DNA of 64,000 nucleotides from Raillietiella orientalis (lineage: Eukaryota): positions 868,001-932,000 of the forward strand of contig JAYWIR010000042.1 in the NCBI GenBank assembly GCA_036172245.1. The letters run 5' to 3'. The notes beneath the pieces are model-generated. The model worked only from the letters and a program-made list of their open reading frames with translations. It searched no databases and was not told the DNA's origin. This document shows, piece after piece, positions 14,251 to 26,450 of the stretch. The first letter of the stretch is position 1; each line of letters starts with the position of its first letter. The position numbers and the translations under genes are program-made.

Positions 14251-15209
14251 ACTTGCATCGAGGTACAGGATTTTCTCGGGATCAGTGCATAAGCTGGGTG
14301 AAGTTTGCAAAAGTCCGTTCATCCCCACGTGCAGATTACTTTCCCAGCTTACATTCACATGCGATAAAAGAAGATAGTTAGGGAGGCGCTCTTTCTGACA
14401 AGTACATTTCAGCTGTTATTCCTCGTTGCTTTCCAGCCAGGGAACGCAAACATCTCTACATTGTCAAATTAGAATCACAAAATTAGGGAGGATCATGGAG
14501 ATGATACCGGATATCTTGCTCGCTATGCTCATATGCTACTGTTGCATACTGTTAACGATGTGTTCTTGAATATCCACGAGGGAATGAGAAGAGCCAGGGT
14601 ACAGAAGCATAAACTATTGAAAGAGAATCCATGATGCAGCTCGGACTCCACTTCTATAAGCCTTTAATGGTATCCCTCTTCAAATAGAAGAGGTATGCTA
14701 CCGGACGTCCCGACATTGAGAAAAATCTTCCAACAGAAAATGCGTTTTGATGTCACGTCGATTTCCACGTATCAACGCCGTGATGAAAATGGATGTCATT
14801 TCAAAAGTGCTGGAAATGAAATGAGCCACATCGGTCACGCTTCCAGAACCGAAACTCATTGAAGTCTTTGAGTAGCTTGAAATTTCCAGCTCATCTCCAG
14901 TGGGGCTCATGCCCTGGTGCTGTGCTGAGTGACCAAATTGATGTGAGGAAGGAAATTCTTCTTGGGATCAGCATTTTGCGATAATCCTTCTAGCCAGCCA
15001 TTCGTTGGAATCAGAATCTCGCTTCAATCTTTCCATCTTTCGTAGCAGCTGCTTCGTTCTCAAAGCAACACCTAACCGCATGGCTGGCGTCGGTCGGATC
15101 TCTCGTTCTGCCAGGTTGCTCATCTCCACCAGTTTCCCTTCGAGCAAATCCGACCGTGTGAAAAATTAAAAGTGCAATCTCTATTCAGACATCTCCCCAG
15201 CCTTAATAT

Positions 15210-15620
15210 TTTAGGGGAGCACTGTCTGCAGCAGCGTTAATAGTTTGACACGCTGCTTCGTTAATGAATTTCTAAATATCCGAGGGACGAAGCAAGCAAA
15301 GAGGTCAATTGATATCTCTCGCCATGACATCTCTTTGCTGGTGATAATGAATTGATGGCTCGAAGTTGCGGATCGCATAGACGGAGCTCTTCCAAAGAGA
15401 CCAGGGTATGCATCCATTTGGTCCATACGCGGAAAACACGGAATGCTATTCGCATGAGTCAGGCATCTGACCATCGCGGACTCATTCGCTCGACTTGAAA
15501 GAGTTCGAGGCGCTCCTTCTCAATTTCTTCATGGTTCCCGATGCTGCTGTTGAAAGTTGGTGTCGTCAACATGACCCACGAAAATTACCAAGCACAACTG
15601 GGCATTTTTTCTGAACACCG
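15210..15620 (-). mobile_element. Possible decayed pogo/Tc-like DDE transposase remnant
   Basis: Minus-strand fragments VFRVWTKWM and PRIFRNSL resemble the region after QPLD in pogo-like transposases. Heavily frameshifted. Confidence 0.2.
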
Positions 15621-16134
15621 GAAGAGGACTGGGTGTTTCTTTCCCCACATTTTCCTTGGAATTCTCATGCATCTCGGAGGATCGTCATGCAGCTTTCCGA
15701 GTCACCGTTGACGATCCCCGAGCCTGACGCAGGTATCACGGCGTCGATTTTTCAAGGAAAGATGTTCGAGTCATCCTTTCGACGCTTCGCACGGATAGAA
15801 AACACCGGATGCTGATGCAGATCCATTTTCTTCCTCTTTTTATTTCTGTTTGTGAATTCTCGAATCCCTTATGGTAGTTTTTTCCAAATAAATTGGCATA
15901 ATTTGAAGCAGACGATTCTTCCCACCAGACTTTGTTTACTGAAAGTTCTGGAAGACACGATCTTCCAAAAACCACATCAGCATAAATGTGCATCTTCCAG
16001 GAAACTGGCGCTTGGCAAACGGAATTTCCAATTGCACCTCTTGAATTTTGATTGACTGTCTGCTCATGCAGGTCTGAATCTGCAGTGACAGAAATCCTTT
16101 CCGCTTCTTCCGTTTCGCTGCTTTCCTTCCGACT

Positions 16135-16770
16135 TTCTTTTCTTTCTTTTTTTTTCCGCTTTCCATGGTTTGCAAAGTACTCAAGACCAGTCCGCTGTCC
16201 AGGGACTCATGGAGCTCTTTCACTGTCCACGCCACCCGAGGGTGCTTGCAAAACCCTCCAAGTTAGGGGGCACCCGGGAAAGGACCATCACCCAATGAAC
16301 CCCGGGAAGGTTTCGGAGGAAGGAGTCCCGTTCCACTATCACGCTTGAGAGGAAATCCCGTGGGAAATCTGGCCCCGAAGGGAATCCAGAAAGGACCTCT
16401 TCCTTATTGTATCCGGAGATATCCTTGCTCTGTGGGATCCTCTTCTCATTTCTTTTCGAAAGGAACCCGGAAAGGATCCGCTACTGGAATTTCTTCTCGG
16501 AGAGCACCGCAAGGGAACCACCCCTTCTTACTCCTCTGAAGGAAACCTCGGAGGAAGGCTTCCACATTTCTTTTGAGGACGCTTCCCGAAGGAAATTCAA
16601 CGCGCTTCTTGCACTCTGAAGAGACAATCCTCGGAGGTGCACGCGGTGCAGGGGCGACTCTGTCTTCAAAACCTAAGGGGAACCCAAAATGAACCGGCTC
16701 CTCGATTCCTGGGAGGAGCCCGGTCAGCTAACGGGAATATCCTATTTCTGTCTTCCACCAATGCCACATC
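16135..16770 (-). mobile_element. SINE-like element copy 2, 3' portion (interrupted)
   Basis: T-rich tail at 16135-16155; core cactgtccacgccacccgagg; body colinear with 8790-9390 up to cttccaccaatgccacatc. Confidence 0.8.
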
Positions 16771-17080
16771 CCGCGAACGGTAGCTCCCAGTTGCAGGCCC
16801 CATCTGGGAGTCTTGAAACAAGAACTTGCCGGCATCCTTACAAGGATGCAGGGGACACCCTCCAGCACACAGTGATACCTTCCCGAACTTCCCCTTCCCC
16901 CATTCTTTTACTGCGTTTTTTGTTTGTTTTTTTTCTTTTTGTTTGTTTGCCCTTCCCCTGTGCTGCTGAGGCGAACCCGCTGGCCAGCGTGCCAGCTCCT
17001 GGCAGGCTCCTTTTCGTATTCATAAGTAACGTGTGTATTTATTTTATAAATAAACGCCCCGGAGTGACTGGGTTTCAACC
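16771..17080 (+). mobile_element. 5'-truncated LINE 3' end (Tx1/L1-like) inserted into SINE copy 2
   Basis: Encodes ...KQELAGILTRMQGTPSSTQ*, matching ...RQELAGILTTMQEVPSNTQ* at 60540-60598, and shares the 3' UTR and terminus aaataaacgccccgg..caacc. Imperfect TSD: ccaatgccaca (16758-16768) / ccattgccgca (17079-17089). Confidence 0.75.
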
Positions 17081-17205
17081 ATTGCCGCACTCAAAGACCG
17101 TGGACCAACTAGCGTCATCCTGTAAGGGAGCTCGAAACCCATGACGCACCTATTTCTCGGTGTCGATCCTCCACGTGGGGGTTACGAACCCGCAGCGCTT
17201 GCGAA
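17081..17205 (-). mobile_element. SINE-like element copy 2, 5' portion
   Basis: Reverse complement (caagcgctgcgggttcgtaacc...ccgagaaataggtgcgtcatgggtttcgag...aggatgacg) aligns with 53290-53410. Confidence 0.75.
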
Positions 17206-20200
17206 TAGTGATCATGGAATACGCAAATTGCTAGAATGAATCTCTGTAGACATGCTTTTGCCTCTGTAGTCTCACCGCTTCTGTAGCCGCCTCAAATACC
17301 CATCAACATAATGAGGTTCGTGAGGGAGAGATAACGCGGCACGTGTTTCGTGTTCACGCTAGAAACCAGGATCAGTTATAAGTGCAGACCCAAAGAATCA
17401 GGTCTAAGTCACCAACAGTGGTCACGTCGGATCTGTTTAGGTGACTGCGCCATCTCCAGTGGTTTGACGAGAGTGTTGCGCAAGAGCTCTCACCTAGGCA
17501 GCACAGCACTGACGTGGGCAAGCGTGAAGCGATAAGTCCTGCTCAGATATTCTCTTCTTTGGCTGAAGACGGACCCCATCTGAACAGTTGATTCCCAAAA
17601 ATAAAATTCCATTCGAAATAGCTGAGAAGCGAGGCAAAAGTTTTGGGGATTAGAATCCAAAGTAGGCCGGAAAGAGAGATTACATTCAGAGAAAAGTGCT
17701 CGTGACAGCGCGTAAGCAACTTGAAGCAGCAGCAGCTCACTTTAGGAGGAAAGTGCAAAGTGAGTTCCTTTCCACAGGGAACGCTCAATGAACGTGGAGG
17801 ATCTGAAGTCGCTTTTCCTTCTTCGAAATTTGCATGGAGGAATTTTCGCCATGTAGGTTTCGTACCCTCAAGCACAACTGTCATGCAGGTTTAGCAGACC
17901 CTTGATGTTCATGGAAATGCTCAATTGCGGACGTGATGTTGAAATGTACGGTCTGCGGCCTGCTGGAAACTTCGTATATCTCGAACACCACACCCAAAAA
18001 ACTGCGCCATTATGGAGCTAAAGTGGCTGTGGATGAAGGTGGTTCACTTTTACTTTCAGTCGTACCTCCGTTTGCAATCTTTCCTTTGGATCTTCATTGG
18101 TCCTTACCATCGTGCCACTAACCTACGCTAAGTTGTTTCAGATTTTTATTCCAGGAAGACATCTGTCAGCTCAAACCAAAGCAAACCATACATCTCCGCG
18201 GAGAAATTATTAGATGATGCTAATGGGAGTAAGGTCGCATTCCACCTTTTCACCCACACTTTCGACCACTTCAGAAGGTCCACAGTTTTCTTCGGGTGGA
18301 CCATCGATTTCCAAAGCATATTGGTTTCCTGAGAAAACACCCTGGAACTGGATGGATCGTCTGTGGTAGCTGATCCTGCCGCTGGAAAATGAGTTTGGTC
18401 TTCGTTACTGAGGTTACAGGCATAAATACTAGTTAAAAGAATGACGAGAAGGCACAAAGGAAATGGATGCGGAGCATGAGAAAGAATATTTGCTGAAATG
18501 ATGCTACTAAGAGAGATGTACTTGTTGACTATTCAATACCTAAATGATCAGTTATCTGTTAACGAAGAAAGAGGCCAAGAGTCATACACGGAGAGCGACT
18601 ATGCGTGTAGCTGTTTTTTTCTAGAAAGGAGCAGTTCAAATGTTACGTCCGAATGTAATCTGAATACGTTTTCTCTTTAGTCTTCAATCTCTCTACCTCC
18701 TTGATCATTGCTCCTCAATATGGCAGCTGTAAATCAGCAACACTCTGATAGAAAGCAGTCACTACTGGGAAAAAGGACTTCCTACTAGGAAATCCTAATC
18801 TATAAAGTGTCCTTATAATGACCATCCAAAATGAATTGAAGAACCGTAGTGATCGAAAATTGTGCATTTATTCTGCCGCACTGAAGATCGACTTTCTTCT
18901 CTTTGTCCACTTCTCGCATCATCCTGAAGAATCTGGGCTGCTGTAGTAGCCAGGAAACTAATTCAGAGCACTCCCATACGTAGCCTTCGGGAAGACACCT
19001 GAGTGTGCTTGTCGTTGGACCAACTCATCTTGTGTGTAATCATCTCATCTCTCTCATGAACTCTTGAGATGCAAATTACATTTCCGTGTTTCTGGAAGAC
19101 GTGCCACGAGGCTGCGTCAGTGAAATGGCGCGATCATCCAGCACAATTTGAAGTAAACGAGCACTTCTAATTACTGAGGAAAACATAGACGGATCAAAGT
19201 GCCTTGCATTTTCGTGAGTTCCATAAGAGAGTCCGTTGAAGAAGAAGCTTTCCTTGTCCTCGTATTTGCCAAAGCTCCCCCGTTACAAGCTCTCGCTTCT
19301 TTTTCAAGTCTCATTCAGTCATGACTTTTAGTTATTCTTTCGATCCCTCTTTCGCTTCTTTATTGTGATGTTCTGGGATTTAGTTCGGTTTTGCGGATCT
19401 CAGCCCGTTTCGAGGCGTTCAGATTCAAATTGAAACCTGAAGACTTCCTCGGAATTTCAATTGAAAGACGATCAGCGCTATTTTACTATGTGAAGAATGA
19501 GCGCAGCTTGTCTTGGTTTCTTCGCTCCAGGGCAGGTCCATGCCATCCAGCATCCACTGCGACTCACCCAATGAACTTTCCCAGGATACATACGTCTTCC
19601 TGCAATGGTTGCAATAACAGAATCTCTGGAAACCAGGAAGTGGTACTACCGAGTGCTGCTTTCATTTACTCTCTGCTTTACCAGTCGGCAATACCGAAAA
19701 TTTGAGTAAGTTGCCCGTAAGTGGCATCTTCCTGCTGCTGAAAAACTTGCCGCACCTGTTTTCTGTGGAATAGAGGTCACCGTCATCCAGCCATCAGAAC
19801 AGCGTTTGCTAGAAGTGCTACCACAGAAACGTCTGGGTCAACTGAGTGCGTGTGGTTCCGACGACAAGACTACGGAGCAACTCGAACCCAGTGCTCGGCA
19901 ACCCAGCTTCTTCTGGAGCGATTCACCTACTGTGACGACAGTTTCCATTAGAGAAGGAAATTTATGTGTTTCTGGAAAAACAATAAGCACCTCAGACATC
20001 GATTTCCTGCTTTTGATTGCCATCTCGTTGTCTGCATATGCAAACTTAATGAACTCGCTGCTGGCTGAATCGAAAAGAAGATGGAAATGTGTCCATAAGC
20101 TGGTAGAATTCTGCCCTGGACTTTCCGCGTTTCTTTCGTGCACTCTGCGTGTGTTTGTGTTTAGCATTGCGACACCCGTGAGGGCTGATCAAGATGTGTA

Positions 20201-23200
20201 TCTGGAATACCATGGCAAGGTAGGTAGTGGGAGTTATAAACGGGAAGCGCGGAGCCAATCTGAACGAAATCTGAAAGAGCATCGCGGCTGAGATGCATCG
20301 TCTTCAGATGGTTCACAGTGTTCTCCCAAAAACTGATTCGGAAGAAGCCGACATGTGGGACGCTGGGAATCCATTCTTGCCTTGGGTTATGACCAGTACA
20401 TGTGATCTCGGAAGAGAACGCGAACGCAAAAGGTGAAGAAGAAGGGGTCATTATGAAATCACAAGTCACCTTGCTGTCCTTTTTTGAATCTAATTGGTAA
20501 TAGGTGGCGGGCAGCAATTGATACTCTCCATATTCTTTTTTTCCTCTTCTACCGAATGCAGTAGATGCATGATGTATTTTATTTCGTGGTACATCCTGAG
20601 CCCCTTCTAGCCCTGATGTGCAATAACTTCGATCACTTGTCGATTGTGGAAAGACCGCTGACGAGCTGGGAAGATCCGAGGAAGGGAGGTTCTTTATTCA
20701 TCATCTCCAAACAGTCGTTTATTCCTTCCATGAAATATAGAAACCCATGCCAAAAGTTGAGTGGTAGTTGATTGTAGTGACGTCTATCAAGGATCGGTTG
20801 CTGCTCATTCAGGGATGCAGCTGATTTGATGTTGAAGCTGAGGATGGATGCAGAAGAATGAATTTTTTCAAAAGAACGGAAGGAAAAAGCAGAACAAAGC
20901 TGTCGGAGGTAGCACTCGGCAGACTGACGTCACGAAACCAGCTTCCGATTTGTCGATTTCAACGAAAGGCTCGCAAGAAATGGAATAAAAGTTAATGGTT
21001 GCCCAATAAACTGCAATCCTGGAGGGATCGATCTAATTATTCATTTAATGGTTTTACAGTCACCCCGGCTACCTAAAAGCACCTTAGCCATTAGAAGACG
21101 TGTGCTCGCTCGTTAGCATTTCTCGGCGAGTTTTTTGCAGCTACCGCGATGTGATTTGTTTATGAATTTTCCTCGCAACCCCTCGAGCTGGTGCGCGTGT
21201 TCGTGCGTGCGCTCTTCGCCAATGTCCCTACATGAAGTCGCAAGCACTGAATAAACACGGCTTACCACGTTGTAGTAAACAATCACATCCCTGGAAATGT
21301 CGTTTCGGAAGATGCCGTCCTCAGCCTCCAGCGGTCACGCAACGGACCCCCTGATGCAAGCACGCTCTGAAAGCATATGTGATTGATTCAGGTGGAGGCG
21401 TTTCTCGCCGTTCTGCCTGCGTTTGCAGCTGCTCCGCATGCCTCTTCGTGATGGAAGCTCCTCCAGAAGATTACACGGAGCAAGAGGTACAGTTTCGCAG
21501 AGCATGCACCCCCTTTCGCGAGAAACGGATAACCAGTTTGCTTCTTTCGTTGCCGAGGCAGGGAGATTTCGGGAGGCACATGAAATGGAATCTCATCTCT
21601 TCAGAGCCGTGCTATCCACAGGTTTTTGTTCCTCCGAAGCAAGTGGAGAAATAAGCTTTCCACATGCTCTTGTTCCCTGCTGATCCGTGGCACCTCTCGT
21701 GACCGTGCGTTCTGATTGGCTGAGCGCTCTCTCCCCGGTCTACCCACACCCAAGTTCGGGAGTCACATTCCTCCAGGATTTGCCGATGTCTGAACGGGAT
21801 CAGAATCCCAAATTGTGGGTGAGTCAACCAGAAATCGGTGGGCACGCATAGCAGGGTTCTTACAGAGCCCTCCTTCGTGTGCGTCGTCCTCCATCATTCA
21901 TCCGCCTTCCAGAATGCAAGCATGCATGTTCTAATTTTCCAAAATGATGCTCCGCCACCACAAAGTGCTTCATCGCTGTTTCCAGAAAGATCTCTGGAAT
22001 TAAAAATCGAGATGTTATGGAAAGGCACATTACTTCTTTGAATTTCGACTCGAAGAGCAGCTGGCAGCCCTGAAAGTGACTATGAAGCTTTCCTCGTCTT
22101 CTTATTTGCTAAAGCTTTCCCTCTACAGGCTCTTGCTTTCATTTCCCGAGCCTTACTCAGCCAAAACTTTTAGTTGCGGTTTGTTCTTTTAATCCCTAGT
22201 TCTCCTCAGTGGGTCGCTCTGGACCTCAGTTCAGTTGCGCAGATCCCAACTCTTGTCCCGAATAAGGAACATTCTAGGTCCACCTGGAGCGATGAGAGGA
22301 GTGAAAGTCGCTCTGCCCTCTCGGAGAATCCGTGAGAGCGTCTCCAGCTGGGGGCAAACTCTTTCGCTGCCCGTGTTCTCGAGAAAACCGGGTGCCTGGA
22401 AACACCCTTCGGCCTCGGCTGCGGGGATCCTCTCCGAAGCCTTCAAGTAAGTTGGTTCACAGGGAAATCAGAACATCGATCTGAAATTTTCTTTTCTTCA
22501 GCTCCCGGGAACTACCGAGATAAAAAGGAACGTGTTCAATTTCGGGACCTCATGCGAGAGCATTTCCTTAATGGTGCCCTCCGTTTAAGGGATTTAAGTT
22601 TTCGGTTCTTTCTGTTTCCGTTATCGGAGCTCTCGAAACTTCGCCTCACTCATTTGAATAATCGTGGAATCTGAATGTTGCCGCCGATTGAAAAAGCACG
22701 GAAATTATCGGTTTCTGTTAGATTTTCCTGGTAGATTTCCTCCTTTAGAACTGCTGATTAGCTCGAACAGCTGCCCACTGTACAATTCCGTTTCGAAGGC
22801 AGCAGTAAACAGAAGGCACTGTTATTAGAAGCGATTAGGTTTAGAGGAAGACACGAAAGTTGTCAATCAAGCACAGCGGATCCTAGTTCCTTGGCTTTCT
22901 TTCCTGCTTCCATTCGGTCGTAGCAGTTATTTCTCCTTTATTGTGCTTTTTTTCATGTTTCAGTTGGGATTGAGGCTAAATGAGATTTTTTTTTTTTTTT
23001 TCTTCTGCCTTATAAAAGGAGGAGCGCTTTTTCTGCACCTCTGATGCATGAACCTCTGTATGGGACTGAGGTTGGTGTAAACAGCACCACAGTCTCCAGC
23101 CAGTAGTAGACATAGAGGCATCGGCTCCTTCGTCCCTCCCGAACTTGTTGAAATTAGACGGAAGACCTCTTATGAACCATCTCGAACCACGTGGAATATC

Positions 23201-24016
23201 TTTCTGAAGGATGGCGTCTTGCCAAGATCTCTAGTGGATGAAAAGACGGAGCTTTAAATCGTACATCGGTAAACCGAAGATTAAACTCCAGCTCCACCGT
23301 TCAGCAGGCGGCTCTTCCTTCTCCGGGTTTTCTCAAATCGAACCATAGTCGGAGGAAAAAGCGCCCAGAATCTTCCGGAGCTTCTTTTCGACTCAGCAGC
23401 AGGACTAGGTGGAAGTTTAAGAGGAATACCTCATAGAATGAAAGAGGTTGGAGAGAACGAGGTGGCTAGGGAAAGGGAAGCCGCATGTCCGAAGTGCTAG
23501 GCTCCAGGACTTGTGCCGCGGGTCCCCACGACAAACCCAACTCGTTTTACAAATGGAAACAAAATTGCGAGGAATCAGCTTCGGAAGATGGCTACAAGGA
23601 TTGGAGGATTTTGAAGTGCTCAGATACTGGATCGTCGCGAAAAAACTGACGTGGTCCAGGATGCATTTCGCTTTTCTCTGTACTTTGTAGGGTGGTTGAG
23701 TCAAGCGCTCCAAATGTTCTCGTATGGGGAACAAAAATGGGTCTAAAGAGTCGAAAAGACTGCGCGCAAAGGGCCAGCTGCAGCATATGACTTCAGAAGG
23801 CGATCTGCCACACGCTTCCCAGTCATGAACCTCTGATTAGAATCAGAGGATCAAGCAGGCGGTTTCGGGGAAGGATGGATCACCTTCTCCCACAATCCGT
23901 TTTTTCGTGAACTTTCCCTCTCCCAGAAGTGGATGGAAAGTATTGCTGACGTGGCAGGGTGATGGCTGAAAATGGCTTTTTCAGTTTCTTTCCCTGTAGA
24001 TGCACAGCAAAAAGTA

Positions 24017-24451
24017 CGAGCAGCATCTCAAAAGTAAGGGCCGATCGGATATGAAGAAAGGACAAATGAGGGAAACAAAATTGTACCCAGACAACTAAGA
24101 CATTCGAATGGGAACTGTTTGATCACCAACCTTACAGTCTTGACCTCGCATCCAGTGACCACCACGTCTTCCTGCACCTCTAGAAGTGGTCTGCCTCTCA
24201 GCGATTCGGGGAAACGGAGGAGTTGAAAACTGCAGTGCTGCTGAACTTGCCGAACTCCCAGGCAGCGGAATTTCATGCAGAGGGTTTTGAAAGACTTATT
24301 CCACACCATCAAGAGTGTTTAGAAAAAAATGGTGACTACGTAGAAAAATGACATGGAGGTGTACGTGTTTAGAAGCTCCAATACATTCTTTTTTCCTCTT
24401 ATTTGTTCTTTCTTTATATCCGATCGGCTCTTACTTTTGAAATGAGCTCCG
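24017..24451 (+). mobile_element. Internally deleted mariner element with long TIRs
   Basis: 24100-24351 encodes FEWELFDHQPYSLDLASSDHHVF...NGDYVEK* (mariner YSPDLAPSD motif and C-terminus, with a stop and a frameshift). Inverted ends tcaaaagtaagggccgatcggatat / atatccgatcggctcttacttttga; TA at 24015-24016. Confidence 0.9.
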
Positions 24452-26089
24452 TGTTTTCTGATGCATCAAAGATGCAATGTTCTGCGTAAGCCTTGTGAAA
24501 CCAGCTCCTGGAAACGCTCCATGGGAACGCATTCTGACTCCCGAAAATCGAGATTCAAGAATTACAGAATCAAGATGGAAAATGCAGACTCTGATGATCC
24601 GCGAGGCAAAATATCCTAAGGATCTCTCCTCACTCACTGTTGCTTCCGTTTGATGTGATTTCTGCTGCACTTTCTATCGCTGTCGCAGTTGAGATGCAAC
24701 ACGTCCACAAGTCCAGATCTTTCTGCGAATTTTCGGGTGCTTTCAGAGTATTTCGGCTGACCGTGTATTCCGAGACTGGTGTGCACACGTGTGCACATCA
24801 AAAATCAGCTCGCTGAGAGCTTCATGCAAGCTTGATGTAGACCGAGTCTCATTCAACTTAATGAAGCACAAATGAAGAAAGAATGGTGCACAAATCATTC
24901 GTAGACGTCATCCTCACAAGAACAAGAACACGAAAGTTCTTCATGTGACCTTTAACTTCAACTTGTTCCCACAGCGTGACTCGTACCTTGTTCAAGGACC
25001 TTTGGTGCCAAACAAGTAGCCGATTCTCATCACGCAGATGAGTAGCAGCAGCGAAGGAATAAACTTCTTGCTGTGATACTTCGCAAGAAGTGCCTTCTCC
25101 CGTTGATGCACTGCAATTTCTGATCCTCTGCCACAGACACAGATTGATCAGGCTCCCTCTTCTTGACTCCTCTGGTGCCTTTTTACGACTGCTGAACTGC
25201 AGCTGGATGCTCGGGCATTCTCCACACTGTAGTAGGATCGGCTAGCAAGCTTCCGATCATCTGTCCGACGGGATGATGAGATGATAAATCTCCTAATGGA
25301 TGGAAAAGAGCACGTCGATATGAATCTCCATCGACTCACTCAGCAAGACTCATCGTCTTCACTTCCTATTCATCTGCAGCACGGAAAGACAATTCTTAGA
25401 TCTTCTTGCAACGGACGAGCAATGCTTTGATTTTGTTTCCTCCTAGCTGCTTATATGTGCTGCATGCATCTTTGTCTCAAAAACACTGTGGTGAACTTCA
25501 TGCTCCGTTTCACCAAAAACACGCACTTAAGGCCAAAGTTTACTCCTCAACTGTCAGAACAGGGCATGCTGCCACATTCGTGAGGCAGTCATTTTTTTCT
25601 TTCCTTTCTGTTCTAAGTGATACATTGTAGCAGATGAGTTCGTCTAGATGCGATTCCAGCTGAGCCTGCCCTTTTCCTGACCATCACATCAGAGCTGAGG
25701 ACAATGGACATGATGAAGAATCCACCAAAAAAGCATAGAAGAGAACAATTCAGTTCAATTCAGTGTCTCAGTGATTTGCAACTGGAATCCACGATGGGCC
25801 TTTTTCAAAGCAAGTGGTAGGCTGCTCCGTGCACGATCTCATTTCATGGACTACATGAGGGGACCATCCACGACCACAAGCGTCACCAGCTTATTAGGAT
25901 CAACTAAGGATCATCAGTGCATAAACCTGTTACTGGAGTATTAAAAAGCTCCTCTGTAAGGAACTAAGATACTGGTAAAAGACATCCTAAGCAAAGAACC
26001 CGAGAAAAAAGATGAATAAAATTCTCATGCGTAAGTAGGTCCAAGTCTTCATCATCTGAAGAGAATCTCTCAGATAGTCAAAAATTCGA

Positions 26090-26450
26090 CACTAGACATG
26101 TTCCTCAGTACCGTGGATACTCATCATGCTGACTTGGAATGAAGCACGCAGCTTTTTTACGAGATTTCGCTTGTGTATCAAAACCTGGGGATATGAGGAA
26201 TGTTGCTTGCCCCAGCTGCTGAAAGGAGATCTTTCCAGTTGATGGATAAACTTTCTAATTTTTTCTCTGTGTTTGTCTTCATATTCCAATTGTTCCTGCT
26301 TATTATGTTTGCATCCCCTGTGTGGAAGAGCGGATGATCCAAGAGCGGTGACTTTGAAAACGTAAGGCAGCTTCTCCGTCCATACGGATTCAAGAAAGAG
26401 AAACCAGATGATTTTTTGAGCACAGTCTTGTTCTCAAAAAGTTATCATGC
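26090..26450 (-). mobile_element. Possible hAT C-terminal (dimerisation region) remnant
   Basis: Minus strand reads FSFLNPY (cf. FLDPR), then SPFSSWGKQHSSYPQV (cf. PLxWWxxHxxxYPxL). Confidence 0.3.

Noticed and set aside
23005..23025. TATA-like tataaaag after a poly(T) run
   Set aside because: No supportable downstream gene, and the motif is too short.
24780..24797. 18-bp palindrome tgtgcacacgtgtgcaca (similar cgtgtgtacacacg at 12373-12386)
   Set aside because: Low-complexity alternating purine/pyrimidine sequence.
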